From: Anthoceros angustus
Taxonomy: Eukaryota; Plantae; Anthocerotophyta
DNA length: 64,000 nucleotides
Direction: 5' to 3'
NCBI GenBank assembly: GCA_010909165.1
Contig: MU008170.1
Coordinates: forward strand, 1,488,001 to 1,552,000
The first letter of the stretch is position 1. Each line of letters opens with the position of its first letter. This document shows, one piece after another, positions 12,431 through 23,289 of the stretch. The position numbers were made by a program, and so were the translations under genes. The notes beneath the pieces are model-generated. The model searched no databases. It worked only from the letters and a program-made list of their open reading frames with translations, and had not been told where the DNA came from.

Positions 12431-14749
12431 GAAAAGAAACTTAAAGCATGCCATGGGGGCTAGGCTCTCATACTATTCCCCTGTTTATTGTATGCCATGT
12501 TTCACTCTCATATCTGAGTGTAAATATTTAGAGGCACAACTTGGGAGGGGTCAAGGCCATCCTTATTAGCTACCTCAGACTTCTTATCTCTCGTTGTGCA
12601 GAGGGGCAAACACATTCCCAAAGACAGATTCGTTACATCGTGCTTACACAGAGATCTAATCAAGTTTCGTTTCTTCACCTAACAGGACCTTCATTAGGGT
12701 TTCTCAAACCTATTGTAATTTAGAAACTCCTCATATCGGGATTAAGCTATCTTTTGACTTTACGGTTGCGTGTCTGGGTCTTTTCCGTTAGTACCTTAAT
12801 TGCCTTGCATTCCCTCCTCTCCGCTCTTATGAGCTCGTTGAAGCAACATTCTTCAACTCATATCTGATTCCAGTTGTCGTCGTCCTGCCCTTATGTGTTG
12901 ATGCTGCTAACATATTTTGGATAATAAGATCCATATCTTTCGTAATATGTATACCATATGGTACATATACCCGGCTACCCATATTTATTCTTATTAGAAG
13001 CTAGCTCATGCTGCTCCCTTTTCATATATTGGTAGCTAATTTTCTAGGCTAGTTAATCACGATAAAGTTTTCTAGGCTAGTTGTACTAAGAGAACTCACT
13101 GCCCGGCAAATGGACCGCGCAAATGGACGCATATAGTCTAGAGCCTTGAATTATTGACCCTACTTCTTGAGAAAATTATATCCATGCCAAAGAGTCTTGT
13201 CCATAATTGTCCACACTCACTCTTCACTCACATCCGCGCTCATTCGTATGTTGGACCATTAAAGCAGCTCACAAAGGATGAGGTCGTTCCCATTGATCTA
13301 GGATTTATTTGAAGGCAACTTCAAGAGAGTCTGATCTCTTCAGTTCATAGGAAACAACTTTGTCACAAGAAGTTAGTTCATAGAGAACAACTTTGTCACA
13401 AGAAGTTGGTTGGGTCACACGAAATTTAGTGTGGAGCAATTGTGTTACAAGAAATTTGTTGGGTCTTACATGAAATTTTAGTTTAGTGCAAGCTTTGTAT
13501 GGGATTCCAGGTCGATGAAGACGATGAGGAAGAATAACCAAGAGATCGTGGCCTACACCATACCCCATTCTTCCATACACTTGGTAAATTTAATATTTAA
13601 TATAAGTATTAAATACTTTACTGTATAATTTGGCAAGACGTCTTATGCTTAACAGAGGCGTTCTTATAAATGTGTGTTCATTTGTTCTAAGCCATTTGGA
13701 CACACATATGACAAACAAACGCTATTTATGATCCAACCTGCCAAACTCATAGGCTCAACATAAAAATTAGTCCAATCTTAGCCAACACATAATTTGGCAA
13801 GCATTCTTTCATTTTAATGGGGTAAAATAGGGGTGAGTTACAATTGTGACGACAATAGTTAGATATATGATGGTATATTTTTTGCTAATTAATACTTAGA
13901 AAATTTTAGAAAAATAAACTTGGCTCACTTAGAAATTAAAATAACAGATAAAAGGTAATAGTGAAGGGTCAGATTTACCCTTTGGTATATGTCCTTTCGC
14001 TTTCTGGCTATTATATAGTCAATTTTTTAGTGATATGTCTTATAGTTCAAGTTGTTTATTCGATCGTCCTTGATCGTATTAGCCTCGCTAGTTTGACTAC
14101 CTCTTTGTGCTCTTTTGTGTGTGTTTAAGTTTCCTTGACAGTACATTCTAACCAATGGAGCGCAATTCATTATCTACTTCGAATGTGACATTAACAAGTT
14201 ATATGTGGGATATCATAAAATAGAGTACCTCATGTTAGATATCATTAAATTGAGCATAAAATTGATACCTGATGTTGCGGACATAGTTGATCTGCATATT
14301 ATAAAGTGAAGAGAGCTCTTCATTTTATAGCCAGTCCTCCCAGTGCCCTTACCTTCACCAAGTAATAAATTTAAAGGCTAAACATGTAAATATATTCAAC
14401 ACGTAACGAACACATTAGAAAGTATTTGGTCCATTTTCGAGAACATCCATGATATTTCTTCTGGTAATATAAAACTATATGATAGTGAAGAGAAGTTATT
14501 TATTTATTTATTTTGGATCTAATAAGCATAAACTCGTAGATAATAGATAGTAGTGAAAGGTGACATTCCCCTTTTGATATATGTCCTTTAGCTTTCTAGA
14601 TATGTATATAGTTGATATCTTAGTCGAAACGTTTGATAACTTGACTTTTATATTGCGGCCTTTATCATATAACCCTCACTAGTTTGAAAAGATAGCCCAT
14701 TGTGCTCTCTTACCTGCCTCACAATTTCCTTGACAATTGATACAGACTT

Positions 14750-16110
14750 AACTTATGGAGGGCAATTCGTCAACTTCTTCAAAATTTGAAGTCCACATTT
14801 GACATCCATATTTAATATGGATGTCATCATCCACAACCTATATGTCAACAAAGACTTCAAGAACAAAATTCCTTCGACCGGTCTCACTACCCTTGAGTTT
14901 GATGAGCGAATAAAACCTCTCGCCTTAGCCATGATCAATCCAAATCTTCTCCTAGGTGAAGCGTTTGGCAATGGTTTTCTTGGGGCACAAAGCAATCTTG
15001 GACAATGTGGCGGGGGGCGCCGCAGCCATGGCAGGCAAGAAGAAGGGCGACACGCTAAGGGACAACGTAAAAGTGGGGAGGCAAACCAAGGCAGAATTGT
15101 TGAAGAAGATCGAGGAACAAGAAGCATAAATCAAGCGGGCAAGAGAAGCTAGGGGTCCGGAGTTGGAGCGGCTGCAAGACGACTTACTTCATATACATGG
15201 CTCACTACTGCTGCCACCCATACCCGGGGCTTCACTAGTGGGCTCTAGCAAGGCACGCTGTGAAGGAGAGGCACCAGAGGGAAGAGGCTGCACGCCGAGT
15301 TAAGGAATCTGTGAGGGAACAACGGAAGATGCCATTTAAGCCTGCAACCGCAATTTTTCATTCCAAAACGGTTCGATAGAAGCGGATAGGGAGGAAGGCC
15401 AGAAGGAGCACGGGGAGGAAGAGCAAGAGGGGGAAGGCATACTTTGAGCTAAGGCAACTTCAATCCAGGAGGGGAGGACAAAGAGCACCAAGAAATCGCA
15501 AATCCCAGCAGCTTAGTGCACGCGCAACGAGAAATTACAAACCCCAGCAACCCGGTGTAGGAGAAGCAAGGAGTTGTAGAATCACAATGGATTGGAGCGA
15601 GCTTGGAGGCAAAGATACCATCAAACTAGGAGCAGCAAGCTCGCACTGGTGAGGAAGGGAAGGAGGGGGGAGAATTGCCGACATGTTTCAACAAATTGCT
15701 GGAATTTTCATCTTCCTATGAGGAAGCTGGGTCGGACAGTGAGGAGCCTGGATTGCAAAAATTATCGATTGAAGAGCAGAAAGACAAGGCAAACGCGGAG
15801 GTGGATGTCGAGGACATTCAAGGAGAAGAGGAGGTGGAGCGGAACCAGGCAGTCACGGAACTGCCACCCCTTGAATTGCCAATTTCATTGGCAATTACCG
15901 TAATATTATGCAATCACAAATCTGACCTCCCAAAGAGGGCGAGCAACTACAAGGCAAGGCAGAAGAGGTCATATCGAATTGAATTTTTGAAATGAGTTTA
16001 TCTTGTTTTGCATAGGAGTTGTAGTGCCCCCGCAAAAGTTTGAGTGTTTGTGTAGTGTGAGAGGTGTGCTTGCAGAAGGCACATTTTTTGTACATTATAT
16101 GTAACTGAAA
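14750..16110. mobile_element. Degenerate TE-like coding debris, including a broken zinc-knuckle-like peptide on the minus strand
   Basis: Purine-rich, stop-interrupted reading frames; CAFCKHTSHTTQT resembles a CX2CX4HX4C knuckle with the last Cys lost. The family is not identifiable by eye. Confidence 0.25.
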
Positions 16111-16339
16111 ACTCTATGATTTTTCTTCAAGTGTATTGTATGGAAAAGAAATAACATTCATGCAAAAACATGTTTTATTAATGTAGCTCAAATTCACAAC
16201 GTTGATCTACAAATATTATAAAACTATGTACAAAGAAAAAAACAAAGAGGTCATTGCAGCCATGGGGCATGTCATGTTAAAGAAGTTTTATATTTATATG
16301 CACATGTAGCATCCAAGTGGTACATTTTTATTTATGAGC

Positions 16340-17134
16340 TCAGTACTCTTCATCACAATATTGTTTATCCCGGTACTCTTGTTTAGAATAATAGTTCTGA
16401 TCTTCATCAAAACTTGGAGTTGGAACGTTATTATTACGTCGTTGGTAATACTCATTTTGTTGTTTTTGAATTCTTTGAAGTTTTTTCAGCAAATTATTAT
16501 GCTCCTTGCAAGCAGTTTTATTGTAGAACTCCTTGCAGGCAGTAGTTTCCTCGTATACCTTGTATGGCATGCAAGATTTTTGGATTTGAGTATCAAAAAT
16601 CTTCCGGCACCTTTTATCCAATAGAATAGTTTGTGCTTCTAAAATTAGTTGAAAAGCATTTGCAGCTCCATCTTCTTTGTTCTTGTCAGGATGTAGTAGC
16701 AAAGCTAATTTCTTATACCTCGTTTTAATGGTATTCGCATCTGCAAGTGGGTCAACTTGAAGAAGCCCGTACCAATTATACATGGGACCTGCTGAGCCCA
16801 AGGATAATTTATTTTGTTTTGCTGCAATTTCCACCTCCAAGATGGCGAGGAGGTGAGTAATATCGTTCAATCCTGATCATTAGGAACAATTAGTGTGTTA
16901 GTTCTACATGTAGTATTTACGTCTCGCACGAAAGAGGGGAAACATGGACATGGACATGCCATGTGTTAACAAGAAAACAAGAAAAGGGAAGAGTATGTTG
17001 TCTTCACCTGAATAAATACTCGGGAAAAGTTTTTGTGCTTGAAGTAACAAGTTTTTTGCTCCTTCAAGATCGTTTTCTCGTTTAATGCGAGCGCGCTTCA
17101 TTAATTTATTAATCTCCATCTTTGTTTTGTCCAT
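16340..17134 (-). CDS. DnaJ/Hsp40 J-domain protein; exons 17134-17008 and 16872-16340 (219 aa)
   Basis: WYGLLQVDPLADANTIKTRYKKLALLLHPDKNKEDGAANAFQLILEA is an intact J domain with HPD. The N-terminal helices (AKNLLLQAQKLFP..LLAILEV) are typical of plant type-C J proteins; one phase-1 GT-AG intron. Confidence 0.8.
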
Positions 17135-17268
17135 CCTCGTCACTTTAATGATAAGGAGGAAGGCTACTTCACTTGAGCCTTTAATGATATACAAAGCGCA
17201 GAGAAGGCAAGAGAAGCTAGAGCAGCATAATTAGTATTCTCTTGCAACTGTTCACCATTGCCCTGACC

Positions 17269-17278
17269 TTTATATAGG
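17269..17278 (-). promoter_or_regulatory. TATA box (CCTATATAAA) of the DnaJ gene
   Basis: Matches the plant TATA consensus on the minus strand, ~135 bp upstream of the ATG. Confidence 0.55.
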
Positions 17279-17280
17279 AG

Positions 17281-17620
17281 CTACATTGCCAAACTAATTT
17301 AGTAATTTTTAAATTAGTAAATACTTTTAATAAGATTATTTAGGACATAAGTAACCAACCATATGTGGCGCCAATATAGCATGCATGTATGCTCCTACAT
17401 TGCCAAACTAATTTAGTAATTTTAAATTAGTAAATACTTTTAATAAGATTATTTAGGACATAAGTAACCAACCATATGTGGCGCCAATATAGCATGCATG
17501 TATGCTCCTACATTGCCAAACTAATTTAGTAATTTTTAAATTAGTAAATACTTTTAATAAGATTATTTAGGACATAAGTAACCAACCATATGTGGCGCCA
17601 ATATAGCATGCATGTATGCT
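17281..17620. repeat. Three tandem copies of a 113-114 bp unit
   Basis: Units start at 17281, 17395 and 17508 (ctacattgccaaactaatttag...gcatgcatgtatgct). Confidence 0.95.
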
Positions 17621-18759
17621 TGTGAAGGTAGGGAACTAGGCTACAAGCGTATGTAGCATAGCATGCATGTATGCATGTGGAGGACAATGTCCATGTGTGC
17701 TCATAGTCAATGATCTCGAAGGGCAGTGTCCACATGTGCGCATGGCCAATGAGTCGGCCTACGCACATACACGTAGGTGGACAGGTATCGTGACTTGATG
17801 AGTCATTGACAAGCCATGTCTAATTTTATTGGATTGAGAGGCTTTATGAAAGGTGGCTAATCTTGGTAGGAAAGTGATTAAGATGCAATGATCAGAACTA
17901 CAGTAACCAAAATTGAATCATAACTATTCGATTCAGTGAAATCATAGAAATGGATGAGGCTCAATTTTTCTGAGATGTACAAGATTGTGGTCGCTGGATT
18001 GTGGATTTTCCTACCATGGGACTTGGGATTGAGGAGGGCTGATAGCTTGAGTGAACCAACTTCTGTTGCAAGCCTAAGCTTCATCGCCCTCGCCCAACAA
18101 CAGCAGAAACTCGCCCCTAGGCAGCTCAAACTTGCCGGCAACGTCAGCACACAAGCAGACCCTTTGGTTGCCGCACTTGCTGAGATATTTTCTTTTGCCA
18201 TGGGAGATACACTCCGACTGTTAGGAGGATTTGCTTTGGCTTGGAGAAGGGCGAGAAAGAGTACCACAGCTCATAGGTGCAAAAATTGAAAGACACTAAC
18301 TAAGGACCAAAAGCTAACCACCAATGCTAAAAGGACCTCGTGGTCTCGAGGTACGAACCCCTCGCCACGGAAGAGTTGAGTAAGTCTGTCCTCGACAAGT
18401 TGAATGCACGATTGGTGGCTCAGGGTGAGCTACCCGTAGTCTCTGGGGACAATGGCATTAGACAGGCTCTTGAGGTGTATGGAGAGGAGGTGGAAGAAGA
18501 GCACCTCATGAATCATGTCAAGCAGGATGATGTGAAGGATAGGCTCATCGCCTATGGAGAGGAAAAGATCTAAGCGCTGGTGGAGAAAGGGCCGGCGTCC
18601 CGTGCGAAGTCTCTTTGAGACGTTGTGGGCGTTGCTAAGAGACACCGTGCACAACTGCAGCGTGCTCCATGGCAGCGCGCTCAGCGGCAAGCCAATCGAG
18701 GATCTTCCTAGATGGAGTAGATGGAAGGGGCCTCTATGTAGCTCGAGATAGAGTGCAAG

Positions 18760-19160
18760 ATGCTTGCTTGTTTCTCATCCAGGAACAAGTTTTTCATCCT
18801 GGACGAATATCTGCATGCAACATGTTTCTCCACCTTTCCCATCCTGGAAGAAAGCTAGCCTACAACTTGCCTGCAACATGCTTCTCATCTTTTTCATCCT
18901 AGAACAACGCTCGCCTACAACATCTGTGTCATGTTCCTCACCCTGGAAAAATGTTTGCCACCAACATGTTGCTCGTTCCACACCTTATAACAACGCTTGC
19001 TTGCAGCATACTTCTCATCCTGGGACAATGCTCGGCTACAACATGTTCCTCATTCCGGAACAATAGTACCTGTCTGTAACATATTTCTCATCATGGAACA
19101 GCGCTTGCTTGCATCATGTTCCTCATCTTCCTCATCCTGGAACAATGCTTGCCTGCACCT
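18760..19160. repeat. Degenerate ~33-40 bp minisatellite (core cctcatcctggaacaacgcttgcctgcaacatgtt)
   Basis: About ten diverged copies of the ctcatcctggaacaa...tgcaacatg motif. Confidence 0.65.
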
Positions 19161-19921
19161 TCGTAGCGAGACTGCAACCGTTCACCATGGGTGTACCGAC
19201 AGTGCAAACATTCACGATGGTGCTGGATTCTGTCACGATCTCCCAAGGATCGTCAAGGTTGCAATTTAGATGGTCAATCGACTACTGTGCACAACCAGGA
19301 GTAGAAAACAGGTTCTCGCATCGTTGTACGAATCTGTACATGACAATGATGATGCAAGTGATAGACTTGACCACGGGTCGCATAGGCTACGAGCAAGAGA
19401 GCGGAATCCAGCAAGCCGAACCACTCACATTCTTGTAAGAGCATGCCAAAAATTGCCTGAAACAGTCTGTTCTGGACCCACCTTCAACAGATGTAGCATG
19501 ATGTGAAGTTCACACCAACAAGAGTCACACAGGTGAAGTAAATCTAAGCAGGCCTCAACAGAGTCGACCATAAGGACTGTGTGGATGGCAAAAAGGGTCC
19601 AGAGAAACTGCCGACTGCCTCATCACCTCCAGGGCAAGAACTTCAGGGGCAAGGAATCCTGGACAAAACAAGTTCCTATTAGGACAAAAACGCCCTCTCA
19701 GAAAATGAGCCACCCATTTAAGCAGCTTCTGCATGACCCCACCAGATATGCAGGACAGAGTCAAGCCCATCACAGGAAGTTCTGGCATGCATCACGACGG
19801 CGGCGGCCTTCTGCACAATTGACATACTGTTTACCATCAGCCAGGAGACTTGAGAAACCTGCCTACCATGCAGTGCGCACCGGATGAGATCTTACAGTGG
19901 CATGTTTTCAGATGTGCTGCG

Positions 19922-22100
19922 TCACCACCTTCCCCTTATGGTTTGCACAGAGTGGATCCTGTTCCTTTCGGGAGGACTTGGATCACCCGAAAATCCCGTC
20001 TCTTCAGATCCTCCTCCACCAGATTCTCCATTTCCACCTCCGTTTCCGCTTCCGCTTCCGCCTCCTCCAGCAGGCAGCAGATCCAAGGTGTACACTCTTT
20101 GCATGTCGGGCTCAAACAGTCCGAAGTTCCTCTCCGTTGGGGGTCCCGGTTTCTGGTCCTCATTGAACAGAGCGAAGATATAGGCGGTGATGGGAGATCC
20201 GGGCCTCAGGGGGGTGCCGTTCCCGGAGATGATGTGGCGGATGAGGTTGTCATTGTACGTGGCAGCGTTGGAGACGGAGGCAGCGGCTTCGTTCGAGTCG
20301 CCTTTGCTGGGCCATCCTGTTTCTGTTACTACAAGAGGAATGTCGGACTTGTGGCCCAGAGCTCCCATGGCCGAGATCACGGCATCCAGCTGTGCGTCGA
20401 ACAGGTTGCTGTACTGAAGCCCTGTTTGTGAGTCCTGGACGCCTGCGTTAGGTCCGAATGTGGCATACTCGAATGAGATGACGTCCATGTTATCCCTGTA
20501 CAGGCAGATCCTCATCATGTGATATTCGGGAACTGTTTCGGATCAGAGCAGAAGGCAGGAATTCATGCAACCCACTTACTTGTACGCAAAATAGGGGTAG
20601 ACGTTGAGCATGAAGACGGACTTGGTCTCAGCCAGGAAATCGAGAAAGTCGCTCATGAGTCCAACAAGATCAGGCCGGAAAGTCCCAGCTGATGGTGGAT
20701 ACGAATTGGAAAGCACACTAACAGCCATGGTGCTCGAGAGCTTGATTTTGGAATCCAGTTTCAGCGAAACCTGCAAAAGCCAGATTGGCCTCAACAGCTG
20801 ACAAATTTTCACTCCAAACATCATCTTGCCTTGAAGAGGAAAGCGTCACTCAAAAACATACCAAGCCCTTGTGCACATTTCTTGTAGCTGCCACCAGATA
20901 GCTGCTCATATCTGCATTCGCCGTCAGGACCTCGTTCCCCACAGACAAGGCAATGATGTCTGTGCTGCTGAACTTCACAATGTTATTCTGGAGCCAGTTC
21001 AGTGCCACTCTGCTGCTTTTTGCCAACTTGGGGATCTTGGAAAGCACGCGCAACGGTGTACAAGACGTGTCAATACTTGGAGGTCCAGAAGCAGCTCTCA
21101 AAGGAACTCAGGGGCTTGCGTATACCTGATCATTGGGCACCCCTGCAATGACCTTGATTCCCGAGTTGGCCAGGGCTTGAAGCACTGTGGGCTCGGCATC
21201 GAATATCCTCACCAGCCCCAGTCCTTGAGACCGGATCAAGTTCACCACTTGCGCAGGAGCAGGCAGATCATCAGCCACCCGCCCATAGCACACCCCAAGC
21301 TTGCTGTAGCTGTAGCCGCTGTCGATGCCGGTACCTCCCGGACTCCCTGCTCCACCTCCACTTCCTGTCCCGCTCCCTGTCCCTCCCGACCCTCCGGACC
21401 CTCCAGACCCTCCTGACCCTCCCGTTGCGTTGCTCCTCATGAGCGAAGGTGCGTCTCCAGACACTGCAACCACACTTCTTCAGAGCCAATCACATAGCAA
21501 AAACCAGCATCCCTCTGACCCATGCACCCGTGGCCACACACCATCCAAGAACCCATGGTCCTAACAGGACTGCATGGAAACAGCACCACTGTGAGAAACA
21601 CAGGAAAGCAATGCAGACATCCAGCCGACACACTGCACCAGAACCAACAGCTCCAGCAGAACCCAATGCGGTCACTCACGTTCGACGAGCGAGACGACGG
21701 AGACGAGGACGCCCACCAGAATGAGCACCGAGACCGAAATCGCCGTCTTATTCACATACCCAGGGCAGCATTTGTAGGAGGCGCAGCAGGAAGCAGTCCG
21801 GCAGCAACCGTAGGCCTCGAACCAGTCCTGCGGGGCGTCGTCGCCCGGAGGCGATCTCTTGTCCTCCTCCACCTCGGGCCTCACCAGCTCGTTGAGCAGG
21901 CGGGTGAAGGAGCTCACAGACTGCACCGTGGGCTGCAGCCGCAGCTTCACTGCCTCCACGGCCGGCTGCAACCTGGCCCGCGCAGCCCGCAGCTTCGGCT
22001 GCAGGCTCCACTTCGCACCCGCCACCGCCACCACCGGGGGCTCAGCCTCGGCCTCGGCCTCTGCCTGTGCCTCTGCCTGTGCCTCCACATTCGGATTCAT
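19922..22100 (-). CDS. GH17 glucan endo-1,3-beta-glucosidase with an N-terminal cytosolic extension and signal anchor; exons 22100-21680, 21463-21126, 21035-20862, 20770-20580, 20495-19922 (565 aa)
   Basis: Motifs LGVCYGRVADDLP, VRIFDAEP, SVGNEV (acid/base Glu), LNVYPYFAY, YSNLFDAQLDA, VVTETGWPSKG (nucleophile Glu), YIFALFNEDQKPG and ERNFGLF. All four introns are GT-AG and in phase. The 3' end could splice further. Confidence 0.9.
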
Positions 22101-23289
22101 GGCCCTCCTCCAACCTCAGCCCAGAGGCAAGCAACCAGCTCCAGCAGCTGCAACCGCACGACCCCCCCTCTCAGACCGCAATGCAGCCCCCGGGGCAGCA
22201 GAATCCCGCAATTCCCACCTTCCTCCACCTCCCCCTCCATCGCCCAACACCGGCATCCGCCATGCCTGCTCTCAGAATGCACGATGCCCAGTCGCCCACA
22301 AAATGTTCTTCCTCCCCCTGTCCCCAACGCGCCCGTAAATGCCACACCAACCGCCCACCAGAGAACAGAGATGTTAGCGCTTCCTGGGGGAATGCTCCCG
22401 TTGGAGCTGGCTCCCGCAGAGACGTCTCAGTCTCTTTCTTCTGCCAAAGGCTGGAGTCGGTGGCCTGGATGGATCCTGATGCGGGGACCGGGGACCGGGG
22501 ACCGGGCCTTCACTGTAGAGTTCCACCAGGTCCTCGGATTTAAAGCCGAGGCGCCTGTACAACGCCCCTTCAAAGCGAGCAGCAGCTGACAGCCTAGAGC
22601 CCGCGGCCATGTGACCTCGAGCTGCAGCCTCGCCTTTCCCCCATTGTTTGTTTATGCTTTTGTTACATACAAACAACGGTCCTCCAGCCCGCTGTTGTAC
22701 CGGAATCAGGTCGCCATGGACGCAACTTCACGTAACAGACATGCTTTCGCAGCAAGGCATTTGCTTCGTTCACATAACAGGCGAAGTACGCGCATTCGAG
22801 GTGATGGAGGTGATGCAACCAGCACGCCAGGATGATGACTCCGCTCGTGATTACTTCTAACAGGCTTGGTGGCCGCTCCATCACGCGTGTCGTGGTCCGT
22901 TACGCGCACTCCCGTTACGGATTTGCCACCTTGATCACGCCGACAGCCGACATGACAAGCGCAACAGAAAGACGGAACAGACAGCAGCATTCTGGCACAG
23001 ATGCGCTCAAAGTGTCCACTTTACTTGGACAATAATACATAAGCAGAGCAGCCACAAGAACAATAGCGTAGGGGACGGGACGGGACGGGACGGGATGCGG
23101 AGTCGGTTCTATGGAAAGACGGCTCTTGCTAAAACACGGCACTTACAACACGGCTCTGACGCATCTTTGTACGCAGGAGGCAGAAGTCGGTGGCCAAGAG
23201 GATCCAGCTACTAACCACGAAGGTGATTAGGAGCTGCGGTGACTCCTGTTAAAGATTAGTGTAGGCGAAGCCACAAGCTGGTTGCCGTT

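Noticed and set aside
17281-17620. Tandem repeats here (also 18760-19160, 26945-27110 and 32486-32681) as CRISPR arrays
   Set aside because: There are no unique spacers between constant repeats and no cas genes, and the context is a eukaryotic, intron-containing genome.
19555-19920. Downstream X8/CBM43 or GPI exon of the glucanase
   Set aside because: No WC(V/I)A..C..DC X8 pattern or clear hydrophobic tail was found in the frames examined.
21522-22589. 355-aa plus-strand ORF
   Set aside because: It is antisense to GH17 exon 1 and the 5' UTR, is low-complexity and has no domain.
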